From positions 1 to 38,940 of the forward strand of contig JBDOIF010000056.1 of the NCBI GenBank assembly GCA_041082215.1: a stretch of DNA of 38,940 bases. The letters are read 5' to 3'. Every line of letters starts with the position of its first letter. Position 1 is the first letter of the stretch. This DNA comes from Anaerolineae bacterium. GTDB lineage: Bacteria > Chloroflexota > Anaerolineae > B4-G1 > DUEL01. A program made the translations under genes and the position numbers. The notes under the pieces were generated by a model, which worked only from the letters and a program-made list of their open reading frames with translations, did no database searches and was not told where the DNA came from. This document shows positions 1-7,796 of this stretch, piece after piece.

Positions 1-242
1 GCCTCGAAGGTCTCCCAGGCCAGCCGGTGCACCTCCTGGCTGTCCACTCCTTTGCGGTGGGTCATAATGAGCTGGAGGTCATCGCCGCAAGCGGTGACAT
101 GGAAGTCCACGAGCAGGTCCTCCGTCACCGCCGCCTCCAGCCGGTCCTCCGCCTCTTCGATCAGCTCATCGTGGACGCTGGAGTGGCCGACGAAGCCGCC
201 GACGTCGGCCTTGATGACGCTGAGGGTGATCTTGTCGCTCAT
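1..242 (-). CDS. fbp: Fructose-1,6-bisphosphate aldolase/phosphatase (class V FBPase), N-terminal part; runs off the left edge
   Basis: Manual translation: MSDKITLSVIKADVGGFVGHSSVH...HVTACGDDLQLIMTHRKGVDSQEVHRLAWETFE. It has the IKADVG..GH and GDD..LIMTH motifs of the FBPA/P family, with a GGAGGTGA RBS upstream. Confidence 0.93.
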   Translation of the reverse strand, partial: MSDKITLSVIKADVGGFVGHSSVHDELIEEAEDRLEAAVTEDLLVDFHVTACGDDLQLIMTHRKGVDSQEVHRLAWETFE

Positions 243-371
243 CGGGTCACCTCCATATTCGTGGATTGGGCGCTCGATCCGTTTCCTCTCCCACCCCCCG
301 CTGCCGAAGAGGATGGGAGGTCAGTTCAGCGTTTGCTCTCCCCCTCCTTCGCAACTATCCCCTTCACCGAC

Positions 372-400
372 AGTATAGCATGAGGAAGGGGGGGATGCAA
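372..400 (-). promoter_or_regulatory. Sigma70-type promoter for fbp
   Basis: Minus strand reads TTGCAT-17 bp-TATACT with an extended -10 TG (TGcTATACT). Confidence 0.65.
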
Positions 401-557
401 TACGATGGCCCGTTGTCGGGTGCATTTCAGTTTTTGGGAAGATGTGGTAACTGCCTGCGCTGGAGGCTAATTGCCCGGCCTGGCCCTCATCCCACCCCCT
501 GGCCCCCTCCCCAAAATTAAGGTGTAACTCGCCACCAAACTGAAATGCACCCGCCCG

Positions 558-585
558 TTGTGCCGGCCCCGGATCGGTGTAGAAT
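558..585 (+). promoter_or_regulatory. Possible sigma70 promoter for the aminotransferase
   Basis: TTGTGC-16 bp-TAGAAT, about 46 bp upstream of ATG 632. Confidence 0.4.
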
Positions 586-631
586 ACGAAAGCAGTTGCG
601 GCAAAAATCCAGAGAGACCAGGGAGGAACCT

Positions 632-1756
632 ATGCCTGTGTTTCAGCCCTTTGAAATGGAACGGATGATGTCCAGGCTGGAGAACGTCGTGGACTACAAC
701 CTTTCCGAAAGCGGCGTCCACCCGCTCACCATACGGGAGCTGGTGGACGACCCGGAGACGATCGAGGAGCTGCTGGACACCAGATTGGGTTACCCCCAGA
801 CCAACGGCATCCCCGAACTGCGGGAGAACATCGCCGCCCTCTATCCCGGCGCGACCCCCGAAAACGTGCTGGTCACCGTCGGGTGCTCGGAGGCCAACTT
901 CGTCACCCTCCAGACCCTTCTGGCGCCTGGGGACGAGCTGGTGGTGATGCTGCCCAACTATATGCAGGTCTGGGGCATCGCCCATAACTACGGCTTCCGT
1001 CTCAGGCCCTTTCATCTCCGGGAGGAGCGGGGCTGGGCGCCCGATCTGGACGAACTGGACAGGAGCCTCTCAAAACGGACGAAGCTCATCGCCGTCTGCA
1101 ATCCCAACAACCCTACCGGCTACATCCTCACCGAGGGGGAAATGGAGGCCATCGTGGAGGCCGCCGAGCGGGTTGGGGCGTGGATCCTGGCCGACGAGGT
1201 CTACTGCGGCACGGAACGGGAAAGGGAAAGCCTGACCCCCACCTTCTGGGGGCGGTACGAAAGGGTGGTGGCGACGGGCAGCGTCAGCAAAGCCTACGGC
1301 CTGCCAGGGCTGCGGATCGGCTGGGTGGTCGGGCCGGCGGGCACGGTGGATGAGATCTGGGCCCGCCACGAGTATACGACCATAGACGCCCCGATGCTGG
1401 GCAACCGGCTGGCAGCCGTCGCCCTCTCGCCTCAGGTGCGGCCACGGATCATCGAGCGCACCCGCAGCTACATCCGTCGCGGCTTCTCCATCTTCCAGGC
1501 CTGGCTGGAAGGCCACGAAAGGCTCTTTTCCCTGATCCCTCCCCAGGCAGCGGCCATCGCCTTTCCCCGCTACCATATCAACATAAACTCAACGGAGCTG
1601 GTGGAACGGCTGGTCCGCGAAAAGAGCGTGCTGGTCGTGCCGGGGGACCATTTTGGTATGGACCATCATCTCCGCATCAGCTTCGGCCTGCCCCCCGACG
1701 TTCTCGTGGCAGGGCTGGACCGGATCGGCGAGCTGATTTTCGAGCTACAGCGGTGA
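632..1756 (+). CDS. PLP-dependent aminotransferase class I/II
   Basis: Motifs CNPNNPTG, ILADEVY, GSVSKAYGLPGLRIGW (PLP Lys) and LRISFG. GGAGG RBS before ATG 632. Confidence 0.92.
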   Translation: MPVFQPFEMERMMSRLENVVDYNLSESGVHPLTIRELVDDPETIEELLDTRLGYPQTNGIPELRENIAALYPGATPENVLVTVGCSEANFVTLQTLLAPGDELVVMLPNYMQVWGIAHNYGFRLRPFHLREERGWAPDLDELDRSLSKRTKLIAVCNPNNPTGYILTEGEMEAIVEAAERVGAWILADEVYCGTERERESLTPTFWGRYERVVATGSVSKAYGLPGLRIGWVVGPAGTVDEIWARHEYTTIDAPMLGNRLAAVALSPQVRPRIIERTRSYIRRGFSIFQAWLEGHERLFSLIPPQAAAIAFPRYHININSTELVERLVREKSVLVVPGDHFGMDHHLRISFGLPPDVLVAGLDRIGELIFELQR

Positions 1757-3488
1757 AATGGGTCTGGCGCTCCCTCACCGCCTCCACCTCCCGTTCCAGA
1801 ATCCGCCGCAGGATGGCGACGGAGCAGGCATAGGTGGCGTCCATCCCATAATAGGAGAGCGGCTCAGCCAGGGTCTGGCTTCGGGTGAAGGGGGTGTCGG
1901 AAGCGTAATGGAGGATGCCGATCTCGAAGGGGGCCCCGTAGAGGTTGACGATCTCATTCACCGGATACCGCTTGGGCCGGATCGCCTCATAGACCGCCGA
2001 GAGATAGGGGCCGGCTTCCATCTCTATATCAGTGAACCCTTCCCGGTAGAAAACGTCCATATACCGCCGGTTCTGAAGGAAGGTCCCCTGCACGCTGATG
2101 GCCTTCTGGTTGTCCAGCACCGTGCCGTACACCAGATATGGCCGCACGTCGGCGGCGGCGAAGCTGTTCTGGAAGAGGTAGGTGTTCTGGGAGTGCTCGT
2201 CGTGGACCACGGCGGGGATCATCACATCCCCCACCCGGCCGTTGAGGGTGGCCGCCTTGCCGAGGACGTACAGTCCCATCAGCCGACCGACCCCTGTCGT
2301 CACTTCGGTCAGGATGCGGTAGGCGGCGACTCCGAGGGGGTAGTCTATGTTCAGGATCACCGCGTCCGAGTCGCGCAGGTATTCCAGCCCCTCCATCCGC
2401 AGCCGGGGGTCGAGCCATTCCGCCCTCAGCGCGCACAGTTCGATCACCTGCGCGTCCACATAGAGATGGTGCTGGCTTTCGACATGCCAGATGCCGCAGG
2501 TGTGCGTCTCCTCCCGGCACGCCCGGGCGATAGACTGGCCTTCAGGCAACTGGGTGTACTTTCTCAGCACATAATACAGGAAATTCTCCGGGCTGCTGGG
2601 GACTCCTTCCTCCTGAATGGCCCGATACTCCGCCTGGAGAGCCGGGTCGCCTGATCCCTCGACGAAGCGGATCAGCTCCTCCCTTCGCCGCAGCGCACAG
2701 CCTGTGAGCAGGTTGACCAGGCTGTGGGTGTTGCTGGAGACGAAGTAAACAGGCCGGTCCCTGAGCGGCTCGGGGATACCGGCGACGATATTCTCCCACC
2801 AGAAACGGGTCGCCCTCCGGTAGTCCACGTAGGAGCCGGAGAGGAGCCGGACGGCCAGTCGCTTCCGCTGGCGGCCCATCGCCAGCAAGGTAGGGGCGAA
2901 GTCCGACCTCCACGCCGCTTCCAGCCGTGCCAGCTCCTCCGCCGATAATCCCAGCAGCAACCGGAGCTCCTCCCGCAGCGCTTCATCCACCGCCCGTTCG
3001 CCCCCGACACAGGCGGCCAGCTCCATAAGGGCGGGGGTGTTGTGGAGCCGCTGATGGACCTTTTCCCACTCGATCTGGTAGGCGGTAAGGGTCGGTATCA
3101 GGTCGTCAATATCGGACCGGCTGGCGATAAAGGCCGCCAGGGTCTCCTTCCCATCGAAGAGCATCCGCCGCCGCCGGCCCGGGGCGGATACAGGGGTCCA
3201 GCGGGCCACGTCGGGGTAATCTCCCTCCTCGAGCGCCCGCGCCGAAGGAGCCATCACCACCAGCCGCGCCTGCCGGATGCATGGTGGCAGCCGCAGGCTG
3301 GTGTAGATCAGCGCGTCCAGGTCAATTTCCGCCGTGCCCGCCTTCGGATGCAGCGCCGACTCCATCCGGGTATGGCTCTCCACCAGCGACTGGATCTGCA
3401 CCTCGTCGGTGGTCCGCAGCAGCGAATAGTAGGTCCGCTGGTAGAGCTCGATCTCCTCGCTCCCCGTGCTGGGTACGGTTCGTTCCAC
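1677..3488 (-). CDS. Conserved protein (DUF6909-like) with a C-terminal nucleoside phosphorylase/AMP-nucleosidase-like region
   Basis: 603-aa ORF with host-like codon usage. The C-terminal motifs GKAATL..VGDVMIP, DIEMEA and ASDTP resemble the PNP/UDP-family core. The family label is from recall. Confidence 0.7.
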   Translation of the reverse strand: MERTVPSTGSEEIELYQRTYYSLLRTTDEVQIQSLVESHTRMESALHPKAGTAEIDLDALIYTSLRLPPCIRQARLVVMAPSARALEEGDYPDVARWTPVSAPGRRRRMLFDGKETLAAFIASRSDIDDLIPTLTAYQIEWEKVHQRLHNTPALMELAACVGGERAVDEALREELRLLLGLSAEELARLEAAWRSDFAPTLLAMGRQRKRLAVRLLSGSYVDYRRATRFWWENIVAGIPEPLRDRPVYFVSSNTHSLVNLLTGCALRRREELIRFVEGSGDPALQAEYRAIQEEGVPSSPENFLYYVLRKYTQLPEGQSIARACREETHTCGIWHVESQHHLYVDAQVIELCALRAEWLDPRLRMEGLEYLRDSDAVILNIDYPLGVAAYRILTEVTTGVGRLMGLYVLGKAATLNGRVGDVMIPAVVHDEHSQNTYLFQNSFAAADVRPYLVYGTVLDNQKAISVQGTFLQNRRYMDVFYREGFTDIEMEAGPYLSAVYEAIRPKRYPVNEIVNLYGAPFEIGILHYASDTPFTRSQTLAEPLSYYGMDATYACSVAILRRILEREVEAVRERQTHFTAVARKSARRSGPALPRERRGAGRS

Positions 3489-3506
3489 CTGTCTCTTGCC
3501 TCTTGC

Positions 3507-4679
3507 CTAATGCCTCAACGAGCGCACGTCGTACACCCGTCCCTTCCATCCGATCCCGCTGAAGGCGGCCTGGCGGATGGAATCCAGCATAACCAGGATG
3601 ACCAGGCCAACGGTAAGCGGGTAGAGGACAGCAGTGCGGCGGGGCAACCGGAAGCGGACCGCCAGAGCATACCACAGCCCGCTGTTCAGAAAGACCTGGA
3701 AGAGGGCCAGTCGGACCGCTGGCTCGCCGAACCGGCCCTGCCAGAGCCCCTGGAAGAGCAGGAAGACCGGCCAGAGGAAGAGAAAGCCGTAGAAGATGAC
3801 CATCAGCAGGCTGGGCAACAGCCGGTACTCCAGGGCGGCAAAGGCGCTCTTGGCCAGGCCGTGCCACGCCTCCCGAAAGCCGTGGTAGAAATGGACCTCC
3901 ACCTGTTCCGATCCGTCCACCAGCACGACCCGCCCGCCTGCTGCCCGCACCCGTCGGGCCAGCACCACATCTTCGGCGATCTCCCCCCGTACCGCCCGGT
4001 GGCCACCGATGCGGCGGTACGCCTCCCGGCGGAAGAGCATGAACGGCCCCAGCGCCATTGTGAGGAAGGGAAGCCGTAGTCTCTGTCCCAGAGCCAGCGG
4101 GAAGCAGCCCAGCAGCCCGAAGGGGATGATCGGCAGCAGCAGCTCCTCGCCCAGAGAGTGGGTCGCGGTGCGGGGGATCATGCTCAACAGGTCGGCCCCG
4201 TTCTGCTGCGCCGCCTGAACCGCCCAGGAGATGGTATCTGGACGGTGGTCTGTATCGGCATCTGTGAACAACAGCCACTCCCCCTGCGCCATCTGGGCCA
4301 GCTGGTGGCAGGCAAAGTTCTTCCCCATCCATCCCGGTGGAAGCGGCTGGCCCCGCACCAACTGGAGGCGGGGGTCCTCCCGCGCCATCTCCGCCACAAT
4401 CTCCGGCGTCCCATCGCTGGAGCCGTCGTCCAGCACCACCACTTCCAGCAGCGGGTAGTCCTGCGCCAGCAGCGACTCCAGGCAGCGGCGGATATTGCGG
4501 GCCTCGTCGCGGGCCGGCACCAGCACCGAGACCGGCCACATCCCCTTCGTCCCTTCTCCGCGCGGAGTCGCCCGCCCCAGCATCCGCAGGTTGGCAACCA
4601 GATTTGCCCCCACCACCAGCAACAGCACGGTCAGCGCGATCTGGTAATGGATCAGCGTGGGAAAGATTGCAGGTTCCAT
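3507..4679 (-). CDS. Family 2 glycosyltransferase, membrane-anchored (CrtQ/HpnB-like)
   Basis: Motifs VSVLVPARDE, DDGSSDGT, LPPGWMGKNFAC, FTDAD and IAEDV, with N- and C-terminal TM segments. Start placed at ATG 4679; the frame stays open to GTG 4757. Confidence 0.9.
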   Translation of the reverse strand: MEPAIFPTLIHYQIALTVLLLVVGANLVANLRMLGRATPRGEGTKGMWPVSVLVPARDEARNIRRCLESLLAQDYPLLEVVVLDDGSSDGTPEIVAEMAREDPRLQLVRGQPLPPGWMGKNFACHQLAQMAQGEWLLFTDADTDHRPDTISWAVQAAQQNGADLLSMIPRTATHSLGEELLLPIIPFGLLGCFPLALGQRLRLPFLTMALGPFMLFRREAYRRIGGHRAVRGEIAEDVVLARRVRAAGGRVVLVDGSEQVEVHFYHGFREAWHGLAKSAFAALEYRLLPSLLMVIFYGFLFLWPVFLLFQGLWQGRFGEPAVRLALFQVFLNSGLWYALAVRFRLPRRTAVLYPLTVGLVILVMLDSIRQAAFSGIGWKGRVYDVRSLRH

Positions 4680-4690
4680 AGCACAACGCC

Positions 4691-4767
4691 TGACGTTTGA
4701 CGTTTGACGTTTGACGTTTGACGTTTGACGTTTGACGTTTGACGTTTCAGGTTTCACGTTTCACGTC
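4691..4767. repeat. Heptamer tandem repeat (TGACGTT)x8 plus 3 degenerate units
   Basis: Eight perfect copies at 4691-4746, followed by TCAGGTT, TCACGTT, TCACGTC. Confidence 0.97.
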
Positions 4768-5397
4768 TTCGGCCTCCGGGTGGAACCCCGGTCGGCCCTC
4801 CTGCCAGGGGGAGCGTGCCCACACCTCCCGTTCGTGAGCGCGGTCGAGGGCCTTTTTCACCGCCAGGGAGAGGAACAGGCAGAGGACGTAGGGCACGGTC
4901 CACAGCGGCGCGCCAAAGACAGGCGGCAGGAGAATGACGCCGGGGATGCCCAGGACGAGCGCCTTATTCATATCCCGGGTGAGAAGATAGGCCAGGAGGA
5001 CCATCACCCCGCCGGCCAGGGTGGAGAGGGGGGAGAGGCCGAGGAGGAAACCCAGCGTGGCGGCGACCCCCTTGCCGCCCCGGAAGCCGAGAAAGGGGGA
5101 GAAGTTGTGGCCCAGGGGGGCAGCAAAGCCACAGGCCAGAAGCGTGGCGGGGAGGAGAGCCATCCGGTGAGCCATCAGGTAGGCGCCGAACCCTTTAGCC
5201 ACATCCAGCACCCCGGCCAGCACCCCCCAGGCCGGCCCCACCACGTGATAGACGTTCCGCGCCCCTACGTTCCCCTCCCCGTGCTCGTAGATGTCAATCC
5301 CTGCCCGCCAGCGGGCAATCAGGTAGGAGAAGGGAATCGCGCCAAGAAAATAAGCGATGAGGACAACGGCTGCTTCGTGAAAAATATAGTACGTCAT
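4747..5397 (-). CDS. plsY: PlsY-family acyltransferase (divergent)
   Basis: Motifs AYFLGAIPF, HGEGNVGARN and GHNFSPFLGFRGGKGVA. AAGGAGG RBS. The motif-3 H..N is not evident. Confidence 0.8.
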   Translation of the reverse strand: MTYYIFHEAAVVLIAYFLGAIPFSYLIARWRAGIDIYEHGEGNVGARNVYHVVGPAWGVLAGVLDVAKGFGAYLMAHRMALLPATLLACGFAAPLGHNFSPFLGFRGGKGVAATLGFLLGLSPLSTLAGGVMVLLAYLLTRDMNKALVLGIPGVILLPPVFGAPLWTVPYVLCLFLSLAVKKALDRAHEREVWARSPWQEGRPGFHPEAEDVKRET

Positions 5398-5417
5398 AAG
5401 AACCTCCTTCTATCCGT

Positions 5418-6845
5418 TTATTCGTTTCGTCCTCCCGCCGCCCTTTCAATTGCCCTCACTATCTTATAATACCCCGTACACCGACAAAGGTTTCCCGCGA
5501 TCCCGTAGAGGACCTGCTCCCGGGAGGGTCGTTCGATCTCCTCCAGCAGTTTGGCCCCGGCCATAATGAAGCCCGGGATGCAGTAGCCACACTGGACCGC
5601 TCCTTCTTCGATGAAAGCCTCCTGGAGTGGGTGGAGTTCATCCTCCCTGGCGAGCCCCTCGATGGTGACGATCTGAGCGCCGTGGGCACGGGGAGCCGGG
5701 ACCAGGCAGGAGAGCACCGCAATGCCGTCCATCCAGACGGTACAGGCGCCGCACTCCCCTTCGTCGCACCCCTCCTTGGTTCCTGTCAGTCCCAGGTTCT
5801 CCCGCAGCATCGCCAGCAGGGTCTTGCCGTTGGCCCCCCGCACGATGTGGTTTTCCCCGTTAACGGTACACTCGATCGGCTCTTCCCCCCCCACGGTGTG
5901 GCGGACCGTCTTACCTGCCAGCCGGGGGAAACGCCCGTCGGTGCGGCCCCACAGGAGGGGCGGCCGGGCCGGGAACCCCTCCCGCTCCCTTCCCCCTGCC
6001 AGCGCCGTCAGCGCCCGCCGCACCAGCACCCGCACCATCCGCCGCCGATACTCCGCCCCGGCGCGGATGTCGTCTATCGGGGCAGCAGCCTCCGCCGCCA
6101 GCTCCGCCGCCCGCCCGATCCGTTCCTCCGAAAGCGGCCCACCCACCAGCACCCCCTCCGCCTCCGGCGCCCGGATGACGGTGGGGGCCACGCTCCCCAG
6201 CGCAATCCGCGCCCGGGTGACGATCCCGCCGTCAAAGCGGACCACCACCGCTGCGTTGACCACCGAGACCGCCAGCGCCCGCCGGAGGCCCAGCTTCACG
6301 AACGCCCCTCGCTCGTCAGGCCGCATCGCTGGCACCCGCACCTCCACCAGCATCTCGTCGGGGGCCATGTCCACCTGCCGTACCCCCCGATAGAATTCGG
6401 GGAAGGCCAGGACCCGCCTGCCCCGCACCGACTGGAGGACGACCGTCGCCCCCAGCGCCCAGAGGACGGGGATGGTGTCGTTGGCAGGGGAGGCGGTGAT
6501 CAGGTTCCCCCCCAGCGTCCCCCGGTTGCGGATGGCAGGCGCTCCGACGCTCCACGCCGCCTGGGCCAGGGGGAATGCCCGCTCCACCACCAGCTCCGAG
6601 GCGACCAGCCGGTTGTGGGTGAGCAGGGGGCCGATGTGGAGGACGCCTTCCTCCAGCCTGACCCCACCCAATCCCGGCACCCGACTGACGTCAATCAGGA
6701 CGGGGGCCCGGCGCACTCCCCGCTCCAGCTCGATCAGCAGGTCGGTGCCGCCGGCGATGACCCGCGCCTGTGGCCCGTGCTCGGCCAGCAGCCGCAGGGC
6801 CTCCTCCACCGACGTCGGCGTGTAATAGGTGTTCCAGGACGCCAC
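5418..6845 (-). CDS. Xanthine dehydrogenase/CO dehydrogenase family FAD-binding subunit fused to the 2Fe-2S subunit
   Basis: FAD domain motifs IAGGTDL, IRNRGTLGGN..ASPAND, IDDIRAGAEYR, followed by GTKEGCDEGECGAC, QCGYC and GNLCRCTGY. GTG start after AGGAGG. Confidence 0.92.
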   Translation of the reverse strand: MASWNTYYTPTSVEEALRLLAEHGPQARVIAGGTDLLIELERGVRRAPVLIDVSRVPGLGGVRLEEGVLHIGPLLTHNRLVASELVVERAFPLAQAAWSVGAPAIRNRGTLGGNLITASPANDTIPVLWALGATVVLQSVRGRRVLAFPEFYRGVRQVDMAPDEMLVEVRVPAMRPDERGAFVKLGLRRALAVSVVNAAVVVRFDGGIVTRARIALGSVAPTVIRAPEAEGVLVGGPLSEERIGRAAELAAEAAAPIDDIRAGAEYRRRMVRVLVRRALTALAGGREREGFPARPPLLWGRTDGRFPRLAGKTVRHTVGGEEPIECTVNGENHIVRGANGKTLLAMLRENLGLTGTKEGCDEGECGACTVWMDGIAVLSCLVPAPRAHGAQIVTIEGLAREDELHPLQEAFIEEGAVQCGYCIPGFIMAGAKLLEEIERPSREQVLYGIAGNLCRCTGYYKIVRAIERAAGGRNE

Positions 6846-6995
6846 GGCAAACCTCCTGAAAAGTCGCTTGCGGCTTCAGTATACTCATTTGCCGTCGGGG
6901 AGCAACTAACCGCAATCTTCCCTCCCATCCCACTTTCCCGGGTGTATTTCAGTCTGGGGGCGAGATGTCCCTGGCCCGGGCCGGACCCGGGGAAA

Positions 6996-7083
6996 CACGA
7001 ATGACGCGAATGGGAACGAATATCGCGAATGGGGCAGGGATCCCTCCTGTTCGCAGTATTCGGGCCATTCGTGGGATTTGCGA
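6996..7083. repeat. Inverted array of ~9-bp-period CGAAT / ATTCG units
   Basis: CGAAT at 6998, 7007, 7017, 7026, facing GTTCG/ATTCG/ATTCG/ATTTG at 7049, 7058, 7067, 7076. Confidence 0.8.
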
Positions 7084-7199
7084 TCCACCGGCGAGCGGGA
7101 GGACCACTCGCCCCAAAATTGAAATACGCCCACTTTCCTTTATGCCCGTTCTCTGCTATCATATACCCCGCGCGATGCGGGCGAAAGGGGGAAGTGGAG

Positions 7200-7763
7200 A
7201 TGGCGAAAAGGCGCGGCGACCGGTTTCCTCTACTGGTCTATGCTCCCCTTGGGCGGCGATGGACCAGCCTGGGACTGCTACTGATGCTGACCTCCGGAGC
7301 GCTGTGGTGGCTGGCGCCGCGCATCCTCGGCCCTACCCCCTGGCGTCACCTGGCCCTTTTCCCCGTCCTGGCAGGCGGCGCTCTGTTCATTTACGGCCTC
7401 GCCGCGCGGAAGATGGCCTACGTCCAGTGCTTCCCCACCTACCTCCGGATCCAGACCCCCTTCTATCCCCTGGTCATCTCCTACCGCCGTGTCCTGGGGA
7501 CTCGACCGGTGCAGGTGGGGGCGATTTTCGATCCTCAAAAGGACAGAGCCGCCCGCCGGTCCTGGCCGAGGGGATACTGGGCGAAGACGGCACTGGCCCT
7601 GGAGCTGAAGGGGCTCCCGGTGAAGAGGTGGTGGCTGCGGCTCTGGTTCGACCGCCATCTCTTTCTACCAGAGGGAAGCGGCCTGGTGCTCTTTGTAGAA
7701 GACTGGATGGGGCTTTCAGCGCAACTGGACAGCTTCCGGGTCGCCTACCGGGCACGGCAGTAG
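7200..7763 (+). CDS. Hypothetical membrane protein (two N-terminal TM helices plus a soluble domain)
   Basis: ATG 7200 follows a purine-rich RBS-like stretch and an extended -10 (TGcTATCAT at 7154-7162). Hydrophobic N-terminus, host-like codons. Confidence 0.75.
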   Translation: MAKRRGDRFPLLVYAPLGRRWTSLGLLLMLTSGALWWLAPRILGPTPWRHLALFPVLAGGALFIYGLAARKMAYVQCFPTYLRIQTPFYPLVISYRRVLGTRPVQVGAIFDPQKDRAARRSWPRGYWAKTALALELKGLPVKRWWLRLWFDRHLFLPEGSGLVLFVEDWMGLSAQLDSFRVAYRARQ

Positions 7764-7796
7764 AGACACGCTCCGCAGGCCGACACAGGGCCAGCC

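Noticed and set aside
484..516. C-rich tracts at 484-516 and 26955-26990 as terminators or G-quadruplex elements
   Set aside because: No clear complementary arm or U-tract; probably remnants of dispersed repeats, too degenerate to call.
4691..4767. CRISPR array
   Set aside because: Units are 7 bp and contiguous, with no spacers and no cas genes.
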